Part shown: one piece after another, positions 1 to 10,012 of the stretch
How the letters are laid out: every line of letters begins with the position of its first letter
How positions within the stretch are numbered: position 1 is the first letter of the stretch
NCBI RefSeq assembly: GCF_001832885.1
Contig: NZ_MKIQ01000001.1
Span: 37,017-101,016 of the forward strand
Reading direction: 5' to 3'
DNA: 64,000 nucleotides
Source: Floricoccus penangensis
GTDB lineage: Bacteria; Bacillota; Bacilli; Lactobacillales; Streptococcaceae
The notes under the pieces: generated by a model
Told to the model about the DNA's origin: nothing
The model's input: the letters and a program-made list of their open reading frames with translations, nothing else
Databases searched by the model: none
Position numbers and translations under genes: made by a program

Positions 1-399
1 GAGCTTATTGACCGTTTTGGAGAATATCCAGATGCAGTCGCCTTCTTGTTAGAAATTGGATTACTCAAGTACTATGCTGATAACGCCTTGGTTGACAGAA
101 TGCTTAAACAAAAAGATATAATTGTTTACACCATGTCTATGGCAGCAAAAAATGTTTACCTTCCTCAAGATTATTTTGATGCCTTATCAAAAACTAATCT
201 TCCTGTTAAATTAGGTGAGGAATCAGGAGTTATGGTTCTTCGCTTCGATATAAAAAATAGAAGTGATGCTAATTACCTGTCTGAACTTATTAGCTTTACA
301 GAAAGACTTAGTGAAATCAGAGATGAAAAAGATTCGCTTAAGAAAGTCTCCCAAGAAGAAAATGAATTAGAAGAGACATCAGAGGATGGAAATGATTAG
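1..399 (+). CDS. mfd: Transcription-repair coupling factor Mfd, C-terminal fragment (5' end outside window)
   Basis: Frame is open from nt 1 (ELIDRFGEYPDAVAFLLEIGLLKYYADNALVDRMLKQ...) and matches the TRCF C-terminal domain. Followed by a YabM-like flippase as in mfd-spoVT-yabM neighbourhoods. Confidence 0.75.
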   Translation, partial: ELIDRFGEYPDAVAFLLEIGLLKYYADNALVDRMLKQKDIIVYTMSMAAKNVYLPQDYFDALSKTNLPVKLGEESGVMVLRFDIKNRSDANYLSELISFTERLSEIRDEKDSLKKVSQEENELEETSEDGND

Positions 400-1864
400 G
401 CGCTTGAAGGGAATTAATATTTTAATAATTTCTAGTTTGATTGGAAAAATATTATCAGCCCTTTACCGCTTTCCTTATCAAAATATTGTAGGTGATTTAG
501 GATTTTATGCATATCAGCAGGTTTATCCATTTTATGCCATAATCACAACATTAAGTTTGACAGCTTTGCCTAATTTTCTTTCCAGCCTATTAAATACATC
601 TGATACAAGTGAAGAAGATGAAAGTCAATTCTTCCAAGTCACTTTGATAATATCTTTAGTAAGTTTCATTATTTTAACGGTTTTATCAATACCTCTTGCA
701 AGAGCCATGGGAACGGAAAAACTAGCAACTTCCCTGATATGTTCAATAACTCCCTTATTGTTAGTCCCTTTCCTCTCTCTTTACAGAGGTGTAAAGCAGA
801 GTCAGTTGGACATGACCACAACAGCAATATCACAGGTTCTTGAGCAAACAATCAGAGTTACAATGATTATTCTTGCAGCTTTAACATTTTTAGTTATTGA
901 TGAAGATGTTTACAGAGTATCATCACTAGCAATGCTAGGTAGTTTTCTAGCTGGTCTTGTAACTTTGATATATTTAATATCAAAATCTGATATTAAATTT
1001 AAAAATCTTTTTAAAGATTTTACTAATGTAAAGGCGAAATTTACAATCATAAAAAGATTTGGATTATCTTCTCTAGTGTTTGTCTTCTTCATGATTTATA
1101 TGCTTATTATGCAGCTTATAGATGTCTTCACTGTAAAAGATGCATTAGTAGCTAGTGGTATTTCAAGTGACCAAGCAGAGATTCTGAAAGGAATATATGA
1201 TCGAGGCCAACCATTTTTACAATTAGGTCTAGTTTTTGTAACCTCAATATTTACAAATGCATTGCCAAGACTTACACTTGATAAAAGTGAGAAAAAAATA
1301 AAAAATATTTTTGATTTAACCGTATACCTTTCACTCACCTTAACAGTTGGTTTGATGATTTTACTCCCACAAATGAATCAAGTTTTATTTAAGAGTAATA
1401 GTCAAAGTACAGCTTTAATTATCTTTGTTAGTCAGGTTGCATTAATAGGAATTGTTCAATTTTACCATCACTCATTATTTCTTGAAGGACGAAATAGGGA
1501 ATCGGGAATTATTCTTATCATAGGTTTGGTCCTTAAAATTTTCCTTAGCCCCCTTTTAACAAGGGAAATGGGATTAAATGGTGCTAGTCTATCTAGTGTC
1601 ATAAGCATATCATTTATTCTGATAGCTTATATCCTCATTAGTAAAAAATTCCCAACTCAAATATTCAATTTAAGATTTATTATTTCCCTAATTTTAATGG
1701 CTACAACTTTAATGATTGGATCAAATATGTTCCACGTGGAACACCGTTTTATGCAATTAATTAAGTTAGTAATTATAAGTGGAGTTTCTGCAGGAGTTTT
1801 CCTTCTATCTGCCAAGAAATTAAAAGCTTTCTCAAATGATTTGTGGGAAGAATTGGGATTATAA
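386..1864 (+). CDS. MOP-superfamily polysaccharide-biosynthesis/flippase-like membrane protein (YabM/SpoVB/MurJ-like), 492 aa
   Basis: About 14 predicted TM helices, typical length and position downstream of mfd. Overlaps the mfd stop by 14 nt. Confidence 0.7.
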   Translation: MEMIRRLKGINILIISSLIGKILSALYRFPYQNIVGDLGFYAYQQVYPFYAIITTLSLTALPNFLSSLLNTSDTSEEDESQFFQVTLIISLVSFIILTVLSIPLARAMGTEKLATSLICSITPLLLVPFLSLYRGVKQSQLDMTTTAISQVLEQTIRVTMIILAALTFLVIDEDVYRVSSLAMLGSFLAGLVTLIYLISKSDIKFKNLFKDFTNVKAKFTIIKRFGLSSLVFVFFMIYMLIMQLIDVFTVKDALVASGISSDQAEILKGIYDRGQPFLQLGLVFVTSIFTNALPRLTLDKSEKKIKNIFDLTVYLSLTLTVGLMILLPQMNQVLFKSNSQSTALIIFVSQVALIGIVQFYHHSLFLEGRNRESGIILIIGLVLKIFLSPLLTREMGLNGASLSSVISISFILIAYILISKKFPTQIFNLRFIISLILMATTLMIGSNMFHVEHRFMQLIKLVIISGVSAGVFLLSAKKLKAFSNDLWEELGL

Positions 1865-1893
1865 AAAAAAGTTGAGAGAAATCTCAACTTTTT
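1862..1893. terminator. Bidirectional rho-independent terminator (aaaaaaaaGTTGAGAgaaaTCTCAACtttttaa)
   Basis: Perfect 7-bp stem flanked by A-run and T-run, between convergent genes. Confidence 0.6.
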
Positions 1894-2422
1894 AATTTGA
1901 TGTAAAATACTCAATAATTTGACCAACTAGGCCTCCCAAAACTGCCCCTAGAAGCATTCCTAATATCATTAGAATGAATAATTTTTTTGTATTTAACTTT
2001 TTATTATCAGATTCGTAAATTTCTTTCATAAAGAATAGACTTGATAGTATTATATTTAGTAATATAGCCAACTCATACAAAAGTGCATTTTTAAGGTTAA
2101 TATTATAATTTATGACTATTCTAAACAAGAGTATTAGTGATAATATACTTGTTATTGAAATTGGAATATACCATTTCTTAAGTTCAAGTCTTCTTTCATT
2201 TTTTTTAATATTTTCGACAACATCAGATCCCTTTAATAATACATCATCTAGTGAAAGATTATAAAATTGAGCAAGATCAATCAAGCTTTCAATATCTGGA
2301 ATTGTTTTACTGTTCTCCCAGTTTGATATAGTTTGTCTACTTACAAAAAGTTTATCAGCTACATATTCTTGTGTATAAGCTTTTTCCAACCGTTTATCTT
2401 TCAAAATTTTGCCTAATTCCAT
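1892..2422 (-). CDS. XRE-family HTH regulator with C-terminal transmembrane domain, 176 aa
   Basis: N-terminal HTH_XRE signature (TQEYVADKLFVSRQTISNWENSKTIPDIESLIDLAQFYNLSLDDVL) followed by 3 hydrophobic helices. Confidence 0.7.
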   Translation of the reverse strand: MELGKILKDKRLEKAYTQEYVADKLFVSRQTISNWENSKTIPDIESLIDLAQFYNLSLDDVLLKGSDVVENIKKNERRLELKKWYIPISITSILSLILLFRIVINYNINLKNALLYELAILLNIILSSLFFMKEIYESDNKKLNTKKLFILMILGMLLGAVLGGLVGQIIEYFTSN

Positions 2423-2487
2423 TCTCTATATTCCTTATCACCTATTCATTGTTCCATAAAAATATTTATTTCGAAAAATATGCTAAA

Positions 2488-2773
2488 TTATTTAAATATA
2501 TGACCTGCTATTGCACCAATAATTAAGCCAACTAGGTCTCCAATTATTACCATAATAAAAAATGATTTTGTTTTAAAAGGTAAGCCTTTAATTTTATTCT
2601 CCTCTTTGGCAAAATAAAGTATAATAAATAAATTTGCAATCATAATTGCTAAGCATATGACAAAACTAACGATATCAACTTTTGGTGCTGCTAGTATTTT
2701 AAAGAGGAGTACCATATTCTTGAGTATAAGCTTTCTCTAAGCGTTTATCTTTTAAGATAGTTCCTAATTCCAC
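2488..2773 (-). pseudogene. Truncated paralog of the XRE-TM regulator: a 19-codon HTH N-terminus remnant fused out of frame to a 75-aa membrane-domain ORF
   Basis: Minus strand 2773..2716 encodes VELGTILKDKRLEKAYTQEYGTPL*, near-identical to the N-terminus of the intact gene at 1892..2422. It then shifts frame into ORF 2488..2715, whose C-terminus (FFIMVIIGDLVGLIIGAIAGHIFK) resembles the intact paralog's C-terminus (LFILMILGMLLGAVLGGLVGQIIEYF). The HTH-encoding portion is deleted. Confidence 0.5.
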
Positions 2774-2934
2774 TTGTTTAATACCCTTCTTCCTTGATAG
2801 ATTTATTATCTCAAAATGTAACCAACTGTCTATATAAGTTCTTTTACATATGCCAAATTTAAACGTTAAAGTGTTTCACCATAGTAAATATTATATAAAA
2901 AAAGAAGGTGTAATCCTTCTTTTTTATATAAATA

Positions 2935-5274
2935 TTATTGTTTTTTCTTTGAAATAATTATAAGTGATGAAGTTACAAGTATAAGACCTGTTGCTATGAT
3001 TACATAATTGTTTACATCTCCCGTTTTTGGTAAATGTTTACCTGAATTTCTTTTTGGAACATTAGAATTGTTATCTTCATTTGAACTACTGTTAATTGTG
3101 TTGCTAGACTCACTTGTTTGTGTTTGACTCTGTGGATCCTGTGCTTTATTTTTCTTTACAGCATCGTTTACTATATTGTCAATTTCATCTTTAGATATAG
3201 AGTTTTTAATTGCAAGAGTGAATTCATCTTTTTGTTTTTTATTTAAATTCTTAAGGTCATTTATTTCTTTGCTTGTTTTTTCTTTTAGTTCTGCTAATTC
3301 TTGCTCAAGTGATTTTATTTTATCATCTTGACTAGCATTCTTTAAAATAGCACTAATAGAATCATCAGAGTTTGCTTGTTTAATCTCCTCAATATATTTA
3401 GCTTTATCTGTTTCATTGATAATTTTTAAATTATTAATTTCTTTTATTGATTCTAATTTTTTATTTTCAAGTTTAGCTTCAGCTATTATCTTATTGATAT
3501 CTTCAACTGAGTTGGAAGATTGTATGTTATTAATATATTTTGTTTTAGTATCATCAGTCAGAGAAGAAAGTTCATTAATTGTTTTTACTGCATTTTCTCT
3601 ATAATCTAAGACTTCTTTTTTAATAGGAATGATTCTTTCATAAGGGAAGGGTTCTTTCCTATCTTCTGATATTTTTCCTTCATATTTTAAATAGTTAGTG
3701 AAAACTTCATCCATTGAAGGGCCTTCTTCACGAGCACCACCAAGCATGGTATAACCATCTCCACCTGCTGCTAAGAAATCATTTGTTGTTAAGTAATATG
3801 TTTTTTCTAAATTAACATCTTCGAACTGTTTTGATTGTCTATTAAGAAGTTGTACTTTGAGGACGCGTTGACCAGGTGTTTTTTCTTCAGGAACTTCACC
3901 TTGTAAATTTGAATCAAAATACACTTTTACAGAAGATGATACTTGCAAAAATCCACCATTTCTATCAAGAGCAGGTTGCCCTTTTTCATCTAGAACGATA
4001 TTTCCATTTTCATCTTTTAAAGCAATTGATCTTAGAGAATGTTCAAACATGTCATATAGTTGTTGACCATTTACTTCAATTTGTGAAATAGTATTTCCGA
4101 AAGGTAGGACTGATAAAATGTCTCCTTTTGTTATAGTTCCTTCTTTAATTGATTGACGTATCCCACCACCATTTATTATTGCAAGATCACTTTCATGTGT
4201 AAAGCCAGTTTGTCCATATTGATAAAGAGCATCACCGATTAGATTCCCAAGATTAGTTTCACGAGTTCTGACCATAGCACCTTTTCCTTCAAGGTTTACA
4301 GTATTTCCTTCTAAAACTACTTCAGACATATCGTTATTGAAATCACTAGCAACTTGGTTTACAAAGTTGTCAACGTTTGTATTAGCAGGTAATTCTTTTG
4401 CCTCTGAAAATGGTATTAATTTTGCATTTATTGAACTATCGGTGTCAGAATATTTAGCTTCAATTTCTCCTACATTATTTAAGTAGTTACCTGTCTGAGC
4501 TAAAAGAACATTTCCATATTTTTCGCCATTTGGTAATTCTGTATGCGAGTGACCATCGATTATTACAATTTTGTCTGTTGGATGGTTTTTACTCAATTCT
4601 TTGGCAAGAGTTCTACTTTGCCATTCTGTTGGTGTTGTTGCATCTATTCCTAGATGACTAAGAAAAATAAATACATCTGCTTTTCCCTTAAGTTCTTTCA
4701 TATATTTTTCAGCAGTAGGTATTGGATCTTCAAAGGTTACTCCAACGATATTATTTGGATGGGTTTTAGTTGTAGTTTCTGGAGTTGTAAGTCCAATGAT
4801 AGCGAATTTTTTGCCATCTTTCTCTATAATTTTATAGGGATCAAAGGATTGTTGACCATTTTTATATACATTTGCTGATACAAGTGGTGTATATTCTTTT
4901 AATTTCATTGCCTGGTCATATCCAAAATCAAATTCATGATTTCCTGCAGTAGTAGCATCATAAGGGATCATAGTCATACCTTTAGCCATTTCAATTCCTT
5001 TGCTATTATTAGAAATTGGAAGGCCTTGAACTGAGTCACCAGCATCTAGCATTAATGTTGGATTAATTTGATCTTTTAAGCTTTTCAATCGAGCTAAGCC
5101 GATTGATTTATTCTTTTCATCAAATTGCATACGACCATGCATATCATTTGTATGTAAAATAGTAAATGAGAATTCTTCAGCTAAGATTGTATTAGAAAAT
5201 AACAAAGTTGCTGAGCCAATTACTACTATGCCTATGCTTTTTAGGTACTTACCTATACGTTTTTTCTCTTTCAT
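2935..5274 (-). CDS. Cell-wall-anchored 5'-nucleotidase / UshA-family metallophosphoesterase (LPXTG), 779 aa
   Basis: Signal peptide, then metallophosphatase motifs (ILHTNDMHGR, GNHEFD) and a 5'-nucleotidase C-terminal domain. Long K/E-rich coiled-coil spacer. Ends with LPKTG + hydrophobic helix + KKKQ sortase signal. Confidence 0.85.
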   Translation of the reverse strand: MKEKKRIGKYLKSIGIVVIGSATLLFSNTILAEEFSFTILHTNDMHGRMQFDEKNKSIGLARLKSLKDQINPTLMLDAGDSVQGLPISNNSKGIEMAKGMTMIPYDATTAGNHEFDFGYDQAMKLKEYTPLVSANVYKNGQQSFDPYKIIEKDGKKFAIIGLTTPETTTKTHPNNIVGVTFEDPIPTAEKYMKELKGKADVFIFLSHLGIDATTPTEWQSRTLAKELSKNHPTDKIVIIDGHSHTELPNGEKYGNVLLAQTGNYLNNVGEIEAKYSDTDSSINAKLIPFSEAKELPANTNVDNFVNQVASDFNNDMSEVVLEGNTVNLEGKGAMVRTRETNLGNLIGDALYQYGQTGFTHESDLAIINGGGIRQSIKEGTITKGDILSVLPFGNTISQIEVNGQQLYDMFEHSLRSIALKDENGNIVLDEKGQPALDRNGGFLQVSSSVKVYFDSNLQGEVPEEKTPGQRVLKVQLLNRQSKQFEDVNLEKTYYLTTNDFLAAGGDGYTMLGGAREEGPSMDEVFTNYLKYEGKISEDRKEPFPYERIIPIKKEVLDYRENAVKTINELSSLTDDTKTKYINNIQSSNSVEDINKIIAEAKLENKKLESIKEINNLKIINETDKAKYIEEIKQANSDDSISAILKNASQDDKIKSLEQELAELKEKTSKEINDLKNLNKKQKDEFTLAIKNSISKDEIDNIVNDAVKKNKAQDPQSQTQTSESSNTINSSSNEDNNSNVPKRNSGKHLPKTGDVNNYVIIATGLILVTSSLIIISKKKQ

Positions 5275-5436
5275 TCCTACTCCTTTAAAAAAATATTATA
5301 ACAATACTCTAATTATAAGATATAACATTAGCTATGAAAAGCCTTTTATAATAAATTGATCTTAAATTTAACTCTATAGTTCGTATTTTTGGTATATTAA
5401 TATCTATTTGAATATTTATTAACTTTTACAAATTTC

Positions 5437-6036
5437 ATGCCACAATCTAAAAAGTTTGTTGAAAAAGAAGGTGATAAATGTGGCACAACTTCCGATAAAC
5501 AACTTTATTCAGGTCCTTATAAATTTGAAGGAAGGAATGGTACAAATGGGTCATTCAAACTTGTTAAAAATGAAAATTATTGGGATAAGGATAGTGTAAA
5601 AGCACCAGAAATTGATTTTGAAGTTGTAAAACAACCAGAAAATGCGGTCCAAATGTACAAGCAAAATAAACTTGATTTTGCTCCAATTGGTACACCAGAT
5701 TTGTACAATGATAATAAAAATGAAAAAGGTGTGAAATATGTTGCAGAGGCAACTACAGCATATATTCAATACTTACAAAATGGTAAAAATAAAGCTCTTT
5801 CTAATACTAAGATTCGTCAAGCATTAAACTTAACAACTAATAGGAAAGAATTAGTTGATCAAGTAACTGCAGGTGTTTCTAAACCAGCAACTGGATTAGT
5901 ACCTGCTGAACTTGCTAAAACAAGTGATGGAAAAGATTTAGCAGAATTTGTTAAACAACCTTATACATATAATGTTGATGATGCTAAAAAACTATGGGAT
6001 GAAGGATTAAAAATGAAGGAAAATCAAATAAAGTAA
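5437..6036 (+). pseudogene. Internal fragment of an oligopeptide-binding lipoprotein (OppA-like, SBP family 5)
   Basis: The 199 aa match only the middle of OppA/DppA-type binding proteins (NENYWDKDSVK, KQNKLDFAPIG, IRQALNLTTNRKELVDQV). There is no signal peptide or lipobox; the frame opens only at 5401 and stops at 6036. Confidence 0.6.
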
Positions 6037-6884
6037 AAGCTATTGATAACATCAGTTTTCAAATCCATAAAGGAGAGGTATTTGGATTAGTTGGTGAATC
6101 AGGTTCAGGTAAAACAACAGTTGGCAGAACACTTCTTAAGTTATATGAACCAACTAGTGGTGAAATTATTTTTGACGGTGAAGATGTGACAGCATTGAAG
6201 AAAAAAGAACTCTTTCAATTCAGGAAAAACGCTCAAATGATTTTTCAAGATCCTCAAGCAAGTCTAAATGGTCGAATGAAGATTAAGGATATCATTGCAG
6301 AAGGAATAGATGTCCACAATCTCGCCTCTTCTTCCGAAGAACGAGATAAAATGGTTGATAATCTTTTAAATCAGGTAGGTTTAAATAAAGATCATTCTTC
6401 AAGATATCCTCATGAATTTTCTGGAGGACAAAGTCAAAGAATAGGGATTGCTAGAGCATTAGCAGTTGATCCTGAGTTTATAATTGCTGATGAGCCAATA
6501 TCAGCACTTGATGTATCAATTCAAGCTCAAGTAGTAAACTTGATGCAGGAGTTACAACGTGATAAAGAACTTACATATCTATTTATTGCACATGATCTTA
6601 GTATGGTGAAGTATATTTCAGATAGAATTGCTGTAATGCATTGGGGTAAAATTTTAGAATTAGGTCCTGCAGAAGAAATTTATAATAATCCAATACACGA
6701 TTATACTAAATCATTAATTTCTGCAATTCCGACTCCTGATCCTGAAATTGAAAGAAGTAGGAAAATAGAAGTTTACGACCCAACTGCTGAATTAGATGGT
6801 CAAGAAAGAGAAATGCGAGAAGTTAGATCAGGTCACTATGTTCTATGTACTGAATCAGAGTTTTTAGACTATAAGAATGCTTAG
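6003..6884 (+). pseudogene. N-terminally truncated oligopeptide ABC ATPase (OppF/OppD-like) with no usable start
   Basis: Frame open from 6003. It encodes [28 protein letters not shown] (Walker A), LSGGQ (FSGGQSQR), Walker B (IIADEP) and an Opp-type C-terminal extension. There is no ATG/RBS before Walker A (first candidate is GTG 6186, downstream of Walker A). It abuts the OppA fragment, and no permease genes are present. Confidence 0.6.
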
Positions 6885-6929
6885 TATAAAAAATATCTCA
6901 TATGTTGAGATATTTTTTATTAAGAATAA

Positions 6930-6959
6930 TTGTTTTTAAGAATAAAAAATTGTGTTATA
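6930..6959 (+). promoter_or_regulatory. Promoter TTGTTT-N19-TGtTATAAT placed 6 nt before the yabO ATG (near-leaderless)
   Basis: Extended -10 TGTTATAAT at 6951..6959 and ATG at 6968. Confidence 0.4.
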
Positions 6960-6967
6960 ATCTAGGC

Positions 6968-7252
6968 ATGAGATTAGATAAATTTTTAAAAGTTAGCCGT
7001 CTTATTAAACGACGTACAGTCGCTAAAGAAGTTGCTGATAAAGGAAGAATAAAATTAAATGGTGTACTGGCTAAAAGTTCAAGCACTGTAAAATACGATG
7101 ATATTTTGACTATCCAGTTTGGAAATAAAATAGTTGAGGTACGCGTACTTGAAACTAAGGATAGTACAAAAAAAGAGGATGCAGGCAAGATGTATGAGTT
7201 GCTGAGCGAAACGAGGATTAATCAAGATGTCAAAGAAGAAGAGAGTCGTTAG
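6968..7252 (+). CDS. S4-domain RNA-binding protein (YabO / Hsp15-like), about 94 aa
   Basis: [33 protein letters not shown] is the S4 signature. Start chosen at the internal Met; the upstream 22 codons of ORF 6902 are a low-complexity extension. Confidence 0.7.
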   Translation: MRLDKFLKVSRLIKRRTVAKEVADKGRIKLNGVLAKSSSTVKYDDILTIQFGNKIVEVRVLETKDSTKKEDAGKMYELLSETRINQDVKEEESR

Positions 7253-7622
7253 ACTTAATAATGATTATACTAACGCTAGTATAGTAAAACAGCAAAATCA
7301 TATAAAAGAAAAATTACCCAGACGTAAATATATGGGAATTATTTCAGTCATAGCTGTTGTTTTAATGTCTCTTTCTGTGGTAAACCTTGTAAAAAGCTAT
7401 ACAGAGCTTGAGAGCAAGATGAAACTTGAGAAAAAATATACAGAAGAAGATAAGAATTTGGGTGCTTCTCTTGATATGAAAGAAAAACAAGTAGTTAAAT
7501 TACAAAATGATGATTATGTAGCAAAGTATGCGCGTGTTAAGTATCTATATTCAAAGGATGATGAGCTAGTCTTTACAACACCTGATTTGTTAACTACAAA
7601 TCAAGGAAATGAAAAAAAATGA
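7227..7622 (+). CDS. divIC: Septum-formation initiator DivIC/FtsB-like, 131 aa
   Basis: Short cytoplasmic tail, a single TM ([18 protein letters not shown]), then a coiled coil. Sits at the conserved position between yabO and the S1 protein. Confidence 0.6.
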   Translation: MSKKKRVVRLNNDYTNASIVKQQNHIKEKLPRRKYMGIISVIAVVLMSLSVVNLVKSYTELESKMKLEKKYTEEDKNLGASLDMKEKQVVKLQNDDYVAKYARVKYLYSKDDELVFTTPDLLTTNQGNEKK

Positions 7623-7912
7623 TTGAAAATCAATACAAAATTTCTAATATAACTAAATTTGGTATATTTGTTGATTTAGATGATAATAGGACTGGTTTAG
7701 TTAGATGGTCAAATGTTCCAAAGAATGAGAAGTATCATATTGGTGATTATGTGAGTATCATTATATTAAATACTCATCCAGATGGAAAAATTGACTTGGA
7801 GATATCTACTGAAGATTTCAATGATAGGTTTGAAAATTTTATAAGTACTTCATATATTAGATTGGCTGAATTACAAGAGAAAAATAAGCACATAAGAGAT
7901 TTTATAAAATAA
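7619..7912 (+). CDS. S1-domain RNA-binding protein (YabR-like), 97 aa
   Basis: S1 fold signature (FGIFVDLDDNRTGLVRWSNV) and position upstream of tilS. Confidence 0.65.
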   Translation: MIENQYKISNITKFGIFVDLDDNRTGLVRWSNVPKNEKYHIGDYVSIIILNTHPDGKIDLEISTEDFNDRFENFISTSYIRLAELQEKNKHIRDFIK

Positions 7913-7950
7913 AAAAACTCCAGGTTACTACTTAATCTGGAGTTGAATTT
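7913..7950 (+). terminator. Rho-independent terminator (aaaaaaCTCCAGgttactacttaatCTGGAGttgaatttttt)
   Basis: GC stem plus T-run after the S1 gene. Confidence 0.6.
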
Positions 7951-7984
7951 TTTCAAGATATAAAAATTATAATTAAAACTAAAT

Positions 7985-8037
7985 GTTTACATATTTGTTT
8001 ACATTTATATTTACAAACATGTAAACATAAAATGATA
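7985..8037. promoter_or_regulatory. About 50-bp imperfect palindrome ATGTTTACAT-ATTTGTTTACA...TGTAAACAAACATGTAAACAT upstream of tilS-hpt-ftsH
   Basis: Inverted repeat read directly; half sites TGTTTACA / TGTAAACA repeated twice on each arm. Confidence 0.4.
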
Positions 8038-8049
8038 AAATAAATACTA

Positions 8050-9309
8050 TTGGGGGTAATTTTCATAGATAATTTGATAGAAAATAAGTTTTTGGAAGAA
8101 GTGAAAAATAATCATTTATTTGATGGTCACTCAAAAGTTTTGATCGCACTATCTGGAGGTATTGACTCACAAACATTATTCAACCTGCTTTACAAATTTA
8201 GAAAAGAATTGAATTTAGAGATAGGTGTTGCTCATGTTAATCATAAAGTTAGAGATGAAAGCGATGATGAGGAAAGAATATTAAGACGTAGAATGTCTGA
8301 AATTGAAGTTCCTTTTTATTGTGATTGCTTTACAGATGAGTTTACGGAAAGTAAAGCACGTGATTTTAGATATAGTTTTTTTCAAAAAGTTATGGGAGAA
8401 AATAATTATACTTGTCTAGTTACTGCTCATCATTCTGATGATGTTGTGGAGACAGTATTTATGCGTCAACTTAGGGGGAGTCGTTTGAGGCACCTCACAG
8501 GAATTAAACAGAAACAAAGTTTTGCTAATGGAGAACTCATTCGTCCTTTACTTAATTTTAAAAAATCTGACTTTGATACTAAAGATTACTTTGATGACTA
8601 TACAAATTATGAAAATGAATATTTAAGAAATCGTATTAGAAATCAATACATTCCAGAGCTAGAAAAAGAAAATCCAGCTTTTAAAAAATCAATTTTATCC
8701 TTATCTAAAGAAGTTGAAGCTGCAATGTGTGTAATTAACAATAGTATTAAGAATTTGAATTTTGAAAAAGATAAGATCGATTTAGAAAAATTCTTAAATC
8801 AAGACCAATCTTTACAATACTTTATACTGCAAGATTACCTTGATAATTATAAGGATATTAGTATTGGGCGAGATCAATTTGATCAACTATTACATATAAT
8901 TAGAAAAAGTGGACAATTTAACCAAAGGATAAATAAAAATTATTCCCTAATAAAGGATGATAAGAATTTTTATCTTACATCAGATAGTTTACCTGAATCA
9001 AAGGTAGAATATGAAGTTTCAAGAATCAAACCACAAAATCTTAACTATAAGGAAATTTATATCCCAAAAAATGCAAACTATTTTGTTCGAGGAAGAGAAG
9101 AAGGCGACCGTATTTTGTTAAACGGAATCAATAAAAAGGTCAAGAAATACTTTATTGAACAGAAAATTCCTTTAAAAATGCGAGAAATGGCTCAAATGTT
9201 AGTTGTTGAGGGCCAAATCTATGAAATTTTGGGAATTACGACAAGTGATTTGAGTAAATCGCTTAAAAATGCTAAAATGAATGATACTTTATACTATTTT
9301 GAAAGGTAA
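8050..9309 (+). CDS. tilS: tRNA(Ile)-lysidine synthetase, 419 aa (TTG start uncertain)
   Basis: PP-loop SGGIDS motif and length. Conserved order tilS-hpt-ftsH. Confidence 0.85.
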   Translation: MGVIFIDNLIENKFLEEVKNNHLFDGHSKVLIALSGGIDSQTLFNLLYKFRKELNLEIGVAHVNHKVRDESDDEERILRRRMSEIEVPFYCDCFTDEFTESKARDFRYSFFQKVMGENNYTCLVTAHHSDDVVETVFMRQLRGSRLRHLTGIKQKQSFANGELIRPLLNFKKSDFDTKDYFDDYTNYENEYLRNRIRNQYIPELEKENPAFKKSILSLSKEVEAAMCVINNSIKNLNFEKDKIDLEKFLNQDQSLQYFILQDYLDNYKDISIGRDQFDQLLHIIRKSGQFNQRINKNYSLIKDDKNFYLTSDSLPESKVEYEVSRIKPQNLNYKEIYIPKNANYFVRGREEGDRILLNGINKKVKKYFIEQKIPLKMREMAQMLVVEGQIYEILGITTSDLSKSLKNAKMNDTLYYFER

Positions 9310-9313
9310 GAGA

Positions 9314-9853
9314 ATGTTAGAACAAGACATAAAAAAAGTGTTAATTTCGGAAGATGAGTTACAAGCAAAAGCAGTTGAATTAGGGGAAGTTTTGACTAAT
9401 GACTATGCAGGAAAAAATCCTTTAGTAGTTGGAATCCTTAAAGGTTCAGTACCTTTCTTAGCTGATTTAATAAAAAGAATTGATGCCCACTTGGAAATGG
9501 ACTTCATGGTAGTTTCAAGCTATCACGGTGGAACTTCTTCTAGTGGAGAAGTGAAACTAATCAAGGATTTAGATACGAGTGTGGAAGGACGTGATATTTT
9601 AATAGTTGAAGATATCATTGACACAGGTCGTACTCTTAAATACTTAGCTGAGCTTTTGGAACACCGCAAGGCTAATTCAGTTAAAATTGTTACTTTACTT
9701 GATAAACCAGAAGGTCGTGTTGTTGAAATTGATGCTGACTATGTAGGTTTCCAAGTACCTAATGAGTTTGTAGTTGGATACGGACTTGATTTTGATGAAA
9801 ATTATCGTAATTTACCATATATTGGTGTATTAAAGGAAGAAATTTATCAATAA
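9314..9853 (+). CDS. hpt: Hypoxanthine-guanine phosphoribosyltransferase, 179 aa
   Basis: PRPP-binding motif ([13 protein letters not shown]). Start at internal ATG 9314 with RBS AAAGGTAAGAG. Confidence 0.9.
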   Translation: MLEQDIKKVLISEDELQAKAVELGEVLTNDYAGKNPLVVGILKGSVPFLADLIKRIDAHLEMDFMVVSSYHGGTSSSGEVKLIKDLDTSVEGRDILIVEDIIDTGRTLKYLAELLEHRKANSVKIVTLLDKPEGRVVEIDADYVGFQVPNEFVVGYGLDFDENYRNLPYIGVLKEEIYQ

Positions 9854-10012
9854 TTCAGTCTAAGGTACCATTGAGTAATAGTGGATATTGGACTATAATT
9901 TGTGAGGATATGGACTTAATCTAATTATTCTGATATTTAGATATCCATAGTTGGCATTTTTTTAAATTTTTTGCCATAATAAGAAAATATTAAAGGTTAG
10001 AAAAGGAAATAA

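Noticed and set aside
669-1338. Three short minus-strand ORFs (669..851, 910..1092, 1096..1338) inside the flippase gene
   Set aside because: Antisense to a 492-aa membrane protein gene; no RBS; AT-rich random ORFs.
6902-6967. Upstream ATG (6902) as start of yabO
   Set aside because: It adds a hydrophobic low-complexity 22-aa extension atypical for S4-domain proteins, and the promoter -10 lies inside it. Internal ATG 6968 preferred.
6955-7188. 77-aa minus-strand ORF
   Set aside because: Antisense to the yabO S4-domain gene.
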